DNA of 64,000 nucleotides from IMG/VR virus record IMGVR_UViG_3300037042_006844, positions 124,001 through 188,000 of that record; one strand, 5' to 3'. The notes below the pieces were generated by a model. That model searched no databases. It was given only the letters and a program-made list of their open reading frames with translations, and had not been told where the DNA came from. This document shows, piece by piece, positions 18,989-28,373 of this stretch (positions are counted from its first letter, which is position 1; each line of letters starts with the position of its first letter). The translations under genes were made by a program, and so were the position numbers.

Positions 18989-20122
18989 ATGAAAACCTGC
19001 ATTTACCCCGGAAGTTTTGACCCAGTTACATTCGGACATGTTGATATTATCAACCGTGCAGCCAGCACGTTTGACAAAGTTATTGTTGCGGTTGGGATCA
19101 ACAGCAGCAAAAAATATACATTCAAAACTGAACAACGCATACAGTTTCTTAAAAACAATATCAAGCAGAGTAATGTATGTGTAATGCCATTCGATGGATT
19201 GCTGGCGGATTTTGCATACGAAAACAATGCCAAGACCATTATCAAAGGTGTTCGCAACAACCAAGATTTTGATTATGAAAGATTGTTGCACGAAATCACC
19301 ATCACACAGCAAGCTGGAATTGACACACATATTCTGGTGGCAGATCAAAAGTTGAGCCACATCAGCAGCACTGCCGTAAAAGAACTGTGCAAATTTCAAG
19401 GGTTAATTCATGAATATGTTCCCTATGATGTCAAGGAAGCATTGGAGTGGGTGCTGAATGGGCAATTTATTGTGGGAGTCACTGGAGAAATTGGCATGGG
19501 CAAAAGCTATGTCAGTTCAAAGATCGTCGAAAAAACGGATGGCTGGCTTGGATATGTGCATCCAGTGACAAATGTGGATTTGGATAAAGTGGCGCACGAA
19601 TTGTATGAATCGGATGCTCCAGCCCATTTGGAATTGCGAGAAAATATCATTGAACGGTTTCAAATGAAAAGTGGCTTCAGCCGAAAAGAGTTGGGCGATG
19701 TTGTGTTCAATGACATCAATAAACTACAACAACTCAATACTTTGATTCGCACACCACTACTCACATTGCTGCGCAAGAAAATCAGAGAGCACAAGGGTTT
19801 GATTTTGTTGAATGGAGCATTGCTGGTTGAAGGCAACTACTTGTCGCTTTGCAACAACAATGTGGTGGTAGTAGAATCAACAGAGCAGCAACAATTGGAA
19901 AATCTGGAACGTCGTGGGTTGACCGAAAAACAAGTTGAACGTCGATGGGCAAGTCAACTGACCACAGATGGAAAAATCAGACAGATCAACAGAGAAATTG
20001 AAAAGCATGGTCATGGCAAGTGCATCAAATACCAAAATGTTTACGTTGATCCATATCAGGACCATATGAACACGTTTTTGATCAATCCATTGTATAACAT
20101 GATGAGCAATCTTGAGAAATAA
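18989..20122 (+). CDS. coaD-coaE: bifunctional phosphopantetheine adenylyltransferase / dephospho-CoA kinase
   Basis: YPGSFDPVTFGH, KGVR..DFDYE, ISSTAVKE then GVTGEIGMGKS, D.D..AH, R.ELG..VF. Confidence 0.85.
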   Translation: MKTCIYPGSFDPVTFGHVDIINRAASTFDKVIVAVGINSSKKYTFKTEQRIQFLKNNIKQSNVCVMPFDGLLADFAYENNAKTIIKGVRNNQDFDYERLLHEITITQQAGIDTHILVADQKLSHISSTAVKELCKFQGLIHEYVPYDVKEALEWVLNGQFIVGVTGEIGMGKSYVSSKIVEKTDGWLGYVHPVTNVDLDKVAHELYESDAPAHLELRENIIERFQMKSGFSRKELGDVVFNDINKLQQLNTLIRTPLLTLLRKKIREHKGLILLNGALLVEGNYLSLCNNNVVVVESTEQQQLENLERRGLTEKQVERRWASQLTTDGKIRQINREIEKHGHGKCIKYQNVYVDPYQDHMNTFLINPLYNMMSNLEK

Positions 20123-20135
20123 TAATTATAGTAAT

Positions 20136-20354
20136 ATGAGACCAGCACAAGCATATAAAGTAAACCGAAATTTAGGTATCCATGATTCATACGCTCCCCA
20201 CCCGCTTGCAAAAGATACGATTCTGTTTGAATGCACACGACATACTTATGGTTGCATTGGACATGGAGGTATTGCGGTCACGTTCGACTCAGATGGAGAC
20301 TATCCTTTTTTTGAAATAAATGAGGAGGATGTTGACCCTGTTGACAAAGTATAA
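20136..20354 (+). CDS. hypothetical protein
   Basis: HTYGCI...G.A...YPFFE motif. Confidence 0.5.
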   Translation: MRPAQAYKVNRNLGIHDSYAPHPLAKDTILFECTRHTYGCIGHGGIAVTFDSDGDYPFFEINEEDVDPVDKV

Positions 20355-20393
20355 AAACGTGCTAAGATATAAACAGTAAATAATACAAACAAT

Positions 20394-20933
20394 ATGATTC
20401 TTAAAACTAAATGCACTTGGTCTGATTGCGGACAAAATATTGAATTCGATGAGAGCCAGATAAACACAGAATGCTTGTGTCCATCTTGCAATCGTGAAAT
20501 TAAATTGGCGGTCAATAATAGCAGCACTCCAATGGGCATACCAATTGCGGTTAGATTGCATAGCAATAATAACAACGTTTCTATTGCTTGCAACTATACA
20601 AACGGTGATGCTCTTCAAAATTTAAGAGGCAATACGCACTACAAAACCACACGAATATTTATTGAAATCATCCGATATTTCTTCTATGTCAATGCTGCGT
20701 TTCTTGTTATTGGCTATTTAGCATCGTTTATTGCCTCAAGTGGAGACGTATCTCCTAATACAGCATTAACGATCATAAATTTTGTCAACTCTGGAGCGTT
20801 TCAATTCTTTATTGTTGCGTGGGGTGTGTTGATCTGTTTGTTTCTCGGTTCTCTGTGGAAGGAAACAGCATCTTTGTTGGTGGATATTGCCGACGTTCAA
20901 ATGTCAGTTTACAAGAATAATCGTAGGGATTGA
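20394..20933 (+). CDS. zinc-ribbon plus two-TM membrane protein
   Basis: CTWSDC/CPSC, two TMs, LVDIAD; promoter at 20341. Confidence 0.7.
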   Translation: MILKTKCTWSDCGQNIEFDESQINTECLCPSCNREIKLAVNNSSTPMGIPIAVRLHSNNNNVSIACNYTNGDALQNLRGNTHYKTTRIFIEIIRYFFYVNAAFLVIGYLASFIASSGDVSPNTALTIINFVNSGAFQFFIVAWGVLICLFLGSLWKETASLLVDIADVQMSVYKNNRRD

Positions 20934-20967
20934 CATTTCATAGTTCCATGCCATAATTATATTCAAG

Positions 20968-21315
20968 GTCAACAACCCCTAGGCTAAAGCCATAGGGGCT
21001 TGAAAGACACCGAGCTTTCTCAGTGATTTACATTCATTTGGCGAATTGACTGTCGCCTGCCCATCAAGTATGTTTCCATACGAGACGGGAAGTTTGGAAC
21101 GATTTCCTATGTTCCGTGCAGCATTTAAGTCTGCATCATACACAATCCCACTCTTCGCATAAAACCTACAACCTCTACGCACACCCTCTTTGATACCACT
21201 AAAACTATCAATTTGAGAAGTGTAAGCAGGGCTAACTAGAATAACATTTTTTCCAATGTTTTCTGCCTTGTAAGTTAATATTCTGCGAAGTTCAAATAAT
21301 GGAACTTGTGCTATA
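20968..21315 (-). mobile_element. tnpB: truncated IS200/IS605 element, tnpB 3' remnant
   Basis: LTYKA..G..V..V.PAYTSQ, DADLNAARNI; end gtcaacaacccctaggctaaagccataggggc. Confidence 0.85.
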
Positions 21316-21521
21316 TGAGCAGTAAATGGATTTCGCCTCCTGCAATTCACAAATCCAAAACATCCAGTTGGAAATATACAAGTTCTATCGAGCAGAGAGA
21401 CTCCTATTTGGAAAATAACGAGCAGGATTTGCTATTGCACAGCAAATTGAACGATCTGGGTTATTATACAAAAGACCAGCTTCCTACGAAAAACTTGGGT
21501 AACAGTGAAAATAAAAAATGA
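21315..21521 (+). CDS. hypothetical protein
   Basis: ORF immediately after IS remnant. Confidence 0.35.
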   Translation: MSSKWISPPAIHKSKTSSWKYTSSIEQRDSYLENNEQDLLLHSKLNDLGYYTKDQLPTKNLGNSENKK

Positions 21522-21671
21522 AAGTGCGTAGATCAGCTTGACTTCCAACCATTTCTCCGCTAAAGTTATTTACAGACAACATTGGATATAGGTTTCAGTG
21601 TTACGTCTAAAAAACAAAACAAAAGTATTCGGTTATAATTATCGGATATAAAAAAAGAAAGGTCAGTAGTA

Positions 21672-23282
21672 ATGAAAAAACTAGTAAAATGCCCGCCCCT
21701 GCCGAGAATGGCGAAATCGCTGCAAAATACAGATCATGATCCATACACAGCAACCGCCGATATTATTGATAACAGCATCGATGCTGATGCTACAACAATA
21801 AAACTGGATGTTTGCGTGGAAAATAAAGAATTTGTTGTTAGAATTATCGACGATGGATTTGGTATGGATGTGGACGGCTTGCTTGCGGCAATGACTTATG
21901 GCGATCATCGATCTGGAGATGGTGGTCATGGCAAGTTTGGTTTGGGGTTAAAAACTTCCGCAACCAGTATAGGTAATCGATTTGAAGTCCACACAAGAGA
22001 CGAAGACGGCAAAATTCTTCGAGGTAGTTTTGATGTGGACGAGCTTATCGCCGAAGAGGACCCTGACCATCAGTGGGAACATGAAATTAGCGATGAAATT
22101 GGCGACGAAGACGTTTTGTGGTTCAATGAATGTGTGGGGACTGGAACTGGAACAATAGTCACTATAACAAAAATCGACCGAACTAATGCGTCTCAATTTG
22201 CAACGCGTATGAAACAGCATTTGGGACAAGTTTACCGTAACTATTTGGCACCTTCAAAAGATGCAACTATTCCGGGTAAAATCAAAATGTATGTCAATAA
22301 TGCTCTGATTTATGCAGTAGACCCGCTGCTTCGGCATATACCATCCACAAAACCGTATGAAATTCCAATTGAGCTTGCTCCTGGAGAAGTGGTTCACGCA
22401 ACTATAGTCAAACTTGGTAAACTTGAAGCTGAATCAGATAAAGTCGTCGATGAAAATGATGATGACTACCAAAATAATCTCAACACAAATATTCGGAATC
22501 AAGGTGTATATGTCATGAGAAATGATCGGGAGATCATGTCGGCTGATAAAAAGGTGTTTGCGTTTACTTGGCCTGGAAAAGGACACAACAGTATGAATTA
22601 TATTCGAGTGGAATTAGCATATAGTTCAGAACTGGATAAACATTTTCAGCTAAACCATAATAAAACCGCTATTCAAATCCCAAGTCAGAGTATCCGAGAT
22701 AAAATCAAAAGTGCTTTAGTTAATCCGATTAAAGAAATTAAAAGGCAGATAGACGAAGAAAAAGCCGCCGTTCCAGATGGTAAAATGCAGGAAATATTTG
22801 ATGCCATCAATGCTACCCTAATTGAAAAACGGAGAACTCTTATTCTTCCAAAAGGAAAGAGCGAGACCCGTCAGCCGAGCGGCGGAACCAACAATTCTGG
22901 GTCTATACAACCGAAAAACAGTGGCAGGAAAAGAGGCGTGGGGAGCAATCCCAATTTGAATCGAAAAGAAATTGTTCCAACTATCGGTGTTGTTTCCAAC
23001 GGAAAGGGCGGCGCAATATTCGAATACGGACTCAATCTTGATGACGGCAAGCCCGATCAAATGTATGTTAATTGGAACACAGATCATCCATTTTATCAAA
23101 AATTTGTGATTAACCACGCCCCCGATCAACTGATTGCGACGACATATTTGATAATTGGATTAGCAGCCGCATTTCAAATGGAACAGGGCAATTGTTGTTC
23201 TGATGAAAACGACAAATTGGTCGATAATTTGATGGAGAGAATTTCTACCGCCATATCTCAAAATATGAGAACATTATCCTAA
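21672..23282 (+). CDS. MORC-like GHKL ATPase
   Basis: DIIDNSIDA, DDGFGM, GKFGLGLK, GTGT; S5-like QGVYVMRNDREI; NTDHPFY. Confidence 0.85.
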   Translation: MKKLVKCPPLPRMAKSLQNTDHDPYTATADIIDNSIDADATTIKLDVCVENKEFVVRIIDDGFGMDVDGLLAAMTYGDHRSGDGGHGKFGLGLKTSATSIGNRFEVHTRDEDGKILRGSFDVDELIAEEDPDHQWEHEISDEIGDEDVLWFNECVGTGTGTIVTITKIDRTNASQFATRMKQHLGQVYRNYLAPSKDATIPGKIKMYVNNALIYAVDPLLRHIPSTKPYEIPIELAPGEVVHATIVKLGKLEAESDKVVDENDDDYQNNLNTNIRNQGVYVMRNDREIMSADKKVFAFTWPGKGHNSMNYIRVELAYSSELDKHFQLNHNKTAIQIPSQSIRDKIKSALVNPIKEIKRQIDEEKAAVPDGKMQEIFDAINATLIEKRRTLILPKGKSETRQPSGGTNNSGSIQPKNSGRKRGVGSNPNLNRKEIVPTIGVVSNGKGGAIFEYGLNLDDGKPDQMYVNWNTDHPFYQKFVINHAPDQLIATTYLIIGLAAAFQMEQGNCCSDENDKLVDNLMERISTAISQNMRTLS

Positions 23283-23303
23283 ACAATTAGACTATAGAAC
23301 ACA

Positions 23304-23336
23304 AAGCCCAGAGGAAACATCTTCTGGGCTTTTTTA
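23304..23336 (+). terminator. rho-independent terminator
   Basis: aaagcccaga...tctgggcttt + T-run. Confidence 0.7.
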
Positions 23337-23408
23337 TGCCCATGTGTCGGCACGCTGAAAATTCGTCAGAGCAGTTGACATTTTATAGAACCGTGGTAAG
23401 ATATAAGT

Positions 23409-24685
23409 GTCAATTGACACACGACCCTAAAGGGTCGGTGCTTGCCAGAGAAGAACCTCTGACGATTGGTTGATTGACAGCAACCTGTCCATCGAGTGCG
23501 GAGCACGAGATGGAGTGTTCTTTGTCATATCTAAAAGTGATATTGTTCGCAGCATTTAGGTCTGCGTCCAATACGACTTTATCAAGTCCATAATACCTAC
23601 ATCCTTTACGGACTCCGTTATCAAGACCACGATGGTCTAATTGGGATGTCCAGTGCGGATTAACGATGACCACTTGTTTTCCAAGTGATGCTGCCTTGTA
23701 GGTCAATATGTTCCTGAGAAGGAAATATGGCATTTGTGAATTGCGATTATTAAATCTTCGTCCTTTGAACTTGGATTTAATCTTGGTCAAATCCTCAATC
23801 ACAATGGTATTTGCCTTTGTGGTGAGAAGATGATTTACAACATTGTGTATGTAGTTCTTTGAAAAATGGTGTTCACGTCTGCGGAGTTTGGTTTGCTTAA
23901 CTCTGGTAGAATGTGATTTGTGAGATTGGAGTTTTCTCTTGTTCCAACGTATCTTACGTTTGGTTCGGTTAAACTCATTGCCTTTGATGATAATGCCTTC
24001 ACTGGTAGAAGCAAGTCGTTTGAGTCCCAAATCAACTCCAATACATTTTTTGTTGTCTTGGAATGTTGTGGTATCGTCAAATACAATAGAGAGGAACACT
24101 CTATCGTCTCTTACAAAAAGAGAAGGGTCTTTGAGTTTGTATTTTGAAAATAATTCGTTGACCTTATTATACTTGAGAAGTTTGGCAGTGATACGACCAT
24201 TACAAGTTGTCAGTTTAATGGCGTCTTGACCAATCCAAGTATAGATGCGAGTGTCCAGTTGGATGTTTAGTCGGTTTGTCTCAACTGGTTCTGTGATTTT
24301 ATGGCAATTGGAACGAAGAGATTTGTATTTTGCAACCACGTCTTGTTCTGCCTTAATGACAAACTGACTTGGAAGCATTGGAAGTTGTTCTCGAACCATC
24401 TTATAACATCTTTGGTGAAGAGGCATAAGACCATTACAGGACTTCATTCCAAATCGGATTTTAGATATGATATTGAAAGCATCACGTTTCAACGATAGTG
24501 ATTTGATGAGAGATTGTTTATCCTCATCATTTTCAAAAATCAGTTGAACATTGTATGTTTTCATTATTACTGGATATACATATTGTGAAGAAACAGAAAA
24601 CAACAAACTATTTTGAGAAAGTGAGATATTTTCGTTGCTCCTCCCCTACCCTAAAGGGATAGGGGTTTCCGCAACGAGTGAGAAT
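23409..24685 (-). mobile_element. IS200/IS605-family tnpB-only element
   Basis: end hairpins gaccctaaagggtc and cccctaccctaaagggatagggg; lies between promoter 23375-23402 and RNA ligase ATG. Confidence 0.85.
23410..24564 (-). CDS. tnpB: TnpB RNA-guided nuclease lacking the CxxC Zn finger
   Basis: RuvC GVDLG, IEDL, DADLNAA. Confidence 0.9.
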   Translation of the reverse strand: MKTYNVQLIFENDEDKQSLIKSLSLKRDAFNIISKIRFGMKSCNGLMPLHQRCYKMVREQLPMLPSQFVIKAEQDVVAKYKSLRSNCHKITEPVETNRLNIQLDTRIYTWIGQDAIKLTTCNGRITAKLLKYNKVNELFSKYKLKDPSLFVRDDRVFLSIVFDDTTTFQDNKKCIGVDLGLKRLASTSEGIIIKGNEFNRTKRKIRWNKRKLQSHKSHSTRVKQTKLRRREHHFSKNYIHNVVNHLLTTKANTIVIEDLTKIKSKFKGRRFNNRNSQMPYFLLRNILTYKAASLGKQVVIVNPHWTSQLDHRGLDNGVRKGCRYYGLDKVVLDADLNAANNITFRYDKEHSISCSALDGQVAVNQPIVRGSSLASTDPLGSCVN

Positions 24686-25792
24686 ATGAAGATAGACATT
24701 TCAGCAATTGACCGCTCACAATTTATGGTGCATGAGCATGTTGTGAACGGCGAGGTCGTTTATTTGGTTCACCCAAAAAATATGGGAGTAAAATGGACTA
24801 ATGACAATATACATTTGAGATCGAGTATATGGGACAGCGATGGCAATTTGGTGAGTGCCAGCTTCAAAAAATTCACCAACTGGGGAGAGAATCCTGAGAA
24901 TTTTCCTGTTCCAGAGTCGTTGCGAAACGCATGTGTTGTGGAGAAGCTCGACGGAAGCACTTTAATTGTCAGTAAGTATAAGGGCAATTATATTCTTAGA
25001 ACCCGTGGAACCACAGATGCTGCCAAACTGGACAATGGTTATGAGTTGGAGCAGTTTAAGCAGACCATTTTGCCTAAACTGTTGGATGTTCATTTGGTTG
25101 CTGGAGATACGTGGAAGTATTCATTCTTGTTTGAGTGGGTCAGTCCCGTAAACAAAATTGTATTAAACTACGGAGATTCTCCAGACTGGTTTTTGATCGG
25201 TATCATTTATCATGGGGACTATTCTTTGATTGATCAACTTACGTTGGACAATTTAGCTTGGCAACATGGTTTGAAACGCCCAACTGTTTACAGCTTTCCA
25301 ACCATTGAGCAATTATTGAAGGATGTTGATGCTTGGAAGCTCAAGGAGGGCGTGGTCGTTTACAGCAATCGTGATCAAATGCTGCACAAAGTCAAGGGGG
25401 CGTGGTATCTTGCATTGCACCACATGAAGAGCGAGTTGGCGAGTGTTGAGAAAGTGATGGATGTTTGGTTGGATCAAAACATGCCTACATACAATGCTTT
25501 TTATGATTACATTGCGACCACGTTCGATTTTGAGTTGGCAGAGCAGTGCCGTGGAACCATCAGCAATCTTTGTGATGCTCGTAAAGAGGTTGATAAGATT
25601 GTTGCTGCGATGGCAGATTTCGTGGAGTCGAAAGTGCGTTGTCTGCCGTCACGCAAAGAGCAAGCACAGCTTGTATTGGGTTCTTATGGTAACACCAACC
25701 GTTCGGCGTATGTGTTCGCACTACTCGACGGCAAGACGCTAACTAAAGATCAATACAAGAAATTGATGTTCCAAGTAATAATGAAAAAGTGA
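24686..25792 (+). CDS. RNA ligase (T4 Rnl1-like)
   Basis: KFTNWGE, EKLDGS, FEWVSP.NKIV, EGVV, KVK. Confidence 0.85.
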   Translation: MKIDISAIDRSQFMVHEHVVNGEVVYLVHPKNMGVKWTNDNIHLRSSIWDSDGNLVSASFKKFTNWGENPENFPVPESLRNACVVEKLDGSTLIVSKYKGNYILRTRGTTDAAKLDNGYELEQFKQTILPKLLDVHLVAGDTWKYSFLFEWVSPVNKIVLNYGDSPDWFLIGIIYHGDYSLIDQLTLDNLAWQHGLKRPTVYSFPTIEQLLKDVDAWKLKEGVVVYSNRDQMLHKVKGAWYLALHHMKSELASVEKVMDVWLDQNMPTYNAFYDYIATTFDFELAEQCRGTISNLCDARKEVDKIVAAMADFVESKVRCLPSRKEQAQLVLGSYGNTNRSAYVFALLDGKTLTKDQYKKLMFQVIMKK

Positions 25793-25802
25793 ACACAAAA
25801 CA

Positions 25803-25835
25803 AAAGCCCCACCGAGAAATTGGTGGGGCTTTTTT
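25803..25835. terminator. bidirectional terminator
   Basis: aaagccccacc...ggtggggcttt. Confidence 0.75.
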
Positions 25836-25855
25836 GTAGAATGTTATATTGATTG

Positions 25856-26383
25856 TTAATAACGCTGGCGAATGTCTTTGACAATGCGCCGCTCATAGGC
25901 ACCCCCTTTGGTTTGAATCACGATTTCTTTGCCGTTCTTGCCATGATCCATGACTTGCACGACAGTTCCGCCTTGCAATGGATCGTTGTCTGCATCGCCA
26001 AAAACGATTCCTGGATTTTTGATTATAGGTTCGGCTTCTGAAATGCTGGTGACGTGTCTGGTAGAACGCGGACCAGCCGAGTTTTCTCCTTTCGTCACTG
26101 TGATTTCGAGATCGTTCGGACCCCCGGCACACTTGACGTTAACAAAAAATCCTAACGGAGATACTGAAAATACCCAAGCTTCCGTTCGAGTTCCATCATG
26201 ACCACCATCCAATTCTTGGTCATAATGTGCTCCTACTTTTTTATAACCATTTTTGCGCATTAATGCTTCGATTGCTTTTGCTGCTACGTTCGAAGGCTTG
26301 TTAGCATATTTTGGTTGGAGTGTTGGGTATTTGCTTTCAGCCAGCACTTCGCGGATGAGATTTTTGAGAGTTGATATTGTCAT
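25856..26383 (-). CDS. putative internal virion protein
   Basis: N-terminal LKNLIREVLAE; TATTTAT upstream. Confidence 0.6.
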   Translation of the reverse strand: MTISTLKNLIREVLAESKYPTLQPKYANKPSNVAAKAIEALMRKNGYKKVGAHYDQELDGGHDGTRTEAWVFSVSPLGFFVNVKCAGGPNDLEITVTKGENSAGPRSTRHVTSISEAEPIIKNPGIVFGDADNDPLQGGTVVQVMDHGKNGKEIVIQTKGGAYERRIVKDIRQRY

Positions 26384-26425
26384 ATGATAATAAATATATA
26401 GAGTTCAAAAAAAAAACAAATTTTT

Positions 26426-27004
26426 TTACAGATTTTCAGCATCATCGCCAAAATCCTCTGGGCTGGGCAATGGTCCTGGGAGTTCGTTTGCTGTTCTGAT
26501 TTTCTTTCTGGCTGCCAATCTTGCTGGAATATCGTTCGGCACATGCACAACTGCATAAATACAGTTTGCCAATGAGCTGCCGTGATGATTAAACTGTTTG
26601 TCGATCATGGCAACATCCTCCGGGGGCAAATCTTCTGAATGTCCGCCGCCACCAACTCGAACGTGTCTGATTCTGCCGTTTGAAAATACAACCGCAATTG
26701 GTTCAGGGACACCGTCTTCATATACTCCAGAAGGTATTTCGAAATCATATACACCAGAGTAGTTTTTGCCATATTCGACTTCAAACTGGGATTTAGTAAA
26801 CTCGCCATTCTCCACAGGTTGCCCATGAGCCATGACGGGACCATGCGCCCCTTTCAGCTTTTTGCTCAAACCTTTTACTGCTTGCATATCGGGATGATTT
26901 GCGGGTAAATTCGTTGAAGCTTCATTGAGTGAGCGAATTCTTGCTTGGAAAAGACCCAAATGCTTTTTGAATGTCTCGTTGAGAATGTTGTTGGTGTTGT
27001 CCAT
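26426..27004 (-). CDS. putative internal virion protein
   Basis: LNETFKKHLGL...LNE N-terminus; TATTTAT upstream. Confidence 0.6.
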   Translation of the reverse strand: MDNTNNILNETFKKHLGLFQARIRSLNEASTNLPANHPDMQAVKGLSKKLKGAHGPVMAHGQPVENGEFTKSQFEVEYGKNYSGVYDFEIPSGVYEDGVPEPIAVVFSNGRIRHVRVGGGGHSEDLPPEDVAMIDKQFNHHGSSLANCIYAVVHVPNDIPARLAARKKIRTANELPGPLPSPEDFGDDAENL

Positions 27005-27085
27005 ATATAATCTATAAATATATGTGAAAATGGAAAACCCCTCAATTTTGTCAAGGGGCGTTGATTATTTTGCAATTGCTATATG

Positions 27086-27466
27086 TTACTTCACTGGCAC
27101 AGCATTGGTGCCATGATCTCTTGGAGGCGGACCATCATGTGGTGGGCGTGGTCCCATTGGACCTTTGCCGTGTGGTCCCATTCCGTCTCTGCGAGGACCG
27201 CCCCCGGGACGACCTCCCATCGCATCACGCATTATTGCTTCACGCATTTTTTTGCGATCATCAGAGGAAATCTTCAGACGTTCTTCTCTGTCCAGCTTGC
27301 CATTTTTGTTGGTATCATATTTGGCAACCATTTCAGCTTGCACTTTCTTTTGTGCTTCGGTCATTGGAGGACGGGGTCCGGGAGGTGGTCCCTTTGGTCC
27401 TTCTTGAGCGTTAACAACATTGATTGTGAGTGCAGCCAGTAGTGCGAGCAGTGCGTATTTTTTCAT
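27086..27466 (-). CDS. secreted Pro/Gly-rich protein with EF-hand-like loop
   Basis: signal peptide; YDTNKNGKLDREE. Confidence 0.75.
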   Translation of the reverse strand: MKKYALLALLAALTINVVNAQEGPKGPPPGPRPPMTEAQKKVQAEMVAKYDTNKNGKLDREERLKISSDDRKKMREAIMRDAMGGRPGGGPRRDGMGPHGKGPMGPRPPHDGPPPRDHGTNAVPVK

Positions 27467-27637
27467 TTTTGTCCTTTTGGTTCAACACCACCTTGATAAA
27501 TGGTGCCGTCACATATAACTATACTCGGAACATACCACTTCGTCAATAGCTCACACCGTATTAACCCCATTTCATCTCACAAATTGGCAGGTTCGTCCCA
27601 AGCTTGACTTTTTTTAACTTCGTGCTATTATTATATT

Positions 27638-27871
27638 ATGAGCGAACAACATTTTTTTGGACCGTCGTGGAATCCAGCAATCAGAGATTTATTGAATCAC
27701 TTAAAAAATCTTCAAGACGTTGCTGATTATCGTGCTCGGTTGATCACCAACAACTTTTATGCTCACGAAACTGAGGAAGAACAAACGTTGCGTCAAGCAA
27801 AGGCTCAAGCCGCAGCAGATACATATGCGTATTGCATCAGCTGTATTATGGATTTGAATCGAAAAATCTGA
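27638..27871 (+). CDS. hypothetical early protein
   Basis: TTGACT-N16-TATTAT-N6-ATG. Confidence 0.6.
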   Translation: MSEQHFFGPSWNPAIRDLLNHLKNLQDVADYRARLITNNFYAHETEEEQTLRQAKAQAAADTYAYCISCIMDLNRKI

Positions 27872-27911
27872 CGGTTGACAATCAGCGAGTGTGTGCTATG
27901 ATATAACACAT

Positions 27912-28373
27912 ATGGCGACACTATTTTTAACAGTTGGCTTACCCGGAAGCGGCAAGAGCACATGGGCAAAGCGATTCATTGCGAATCACGCGGAGCCTAT
28001 CACCTATTTGAGCAGTGATGAACTCCGAGCCAGATTTGGAACGGGTGAAGAGGACCAAACAGTTACTCCGCAGGTTTTTTCACATATTCGTCAAGAAATT
28101 GGGAATTTATTGAAAAACGGCAAAAACGTGATGGTGGATGCGACCAACGTCAACCGCAAAGACCGCATAGATTCGATTCGCATCGCAAAAAAGTATGGTG
28201 CCAGAGTGACCGCATTTGTATTTGAAATGAATCGTGCGGGATTGATCAAGAGAAACGCCGACAGAGGCAAGCAGGGCGGTCGAGTTGTTCCAGACTGGGT
28301 CATCGACAAAATGCTTGCCAAGTATGAAGCTCCCTCCAATGCCGAGGGAATTGATGATATTGTTTATGTTTGA
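27912..28373 (+). CDS. polynucleotide kinase (AAA_33 / T4 Pnk kinase domain)
   Basis: GLPGSGKST, SSDELR, VDATN, RN..R. Confidence 0.9.
   Translation: MATLFLTVGLPGSGKSTWAKRFIANHAEPITYLSSDELRARFGTGEEDQTVTPQVFSHIRQEIGNLLKNGKNVMVDATNVNRKDRIDSIRIAKKYGARVTAFVFEMNRAGLIKRNADRGKQGGRVVPDWVIDKMLAKYEAPSNAEGIDDIVYV

Noticed and set aside
18989-19450. NMN adenylyltransferase completing NARP2
   Set aside because: Motifs (KGVR..DFDYE, ISS..VKE) and the CoaE fusion indicate CoaD
23409-24685. IStron
   Set aside because: tnpB fills almost the whole element, leaving no room for a group I intron core, and it is antisense to the host gene
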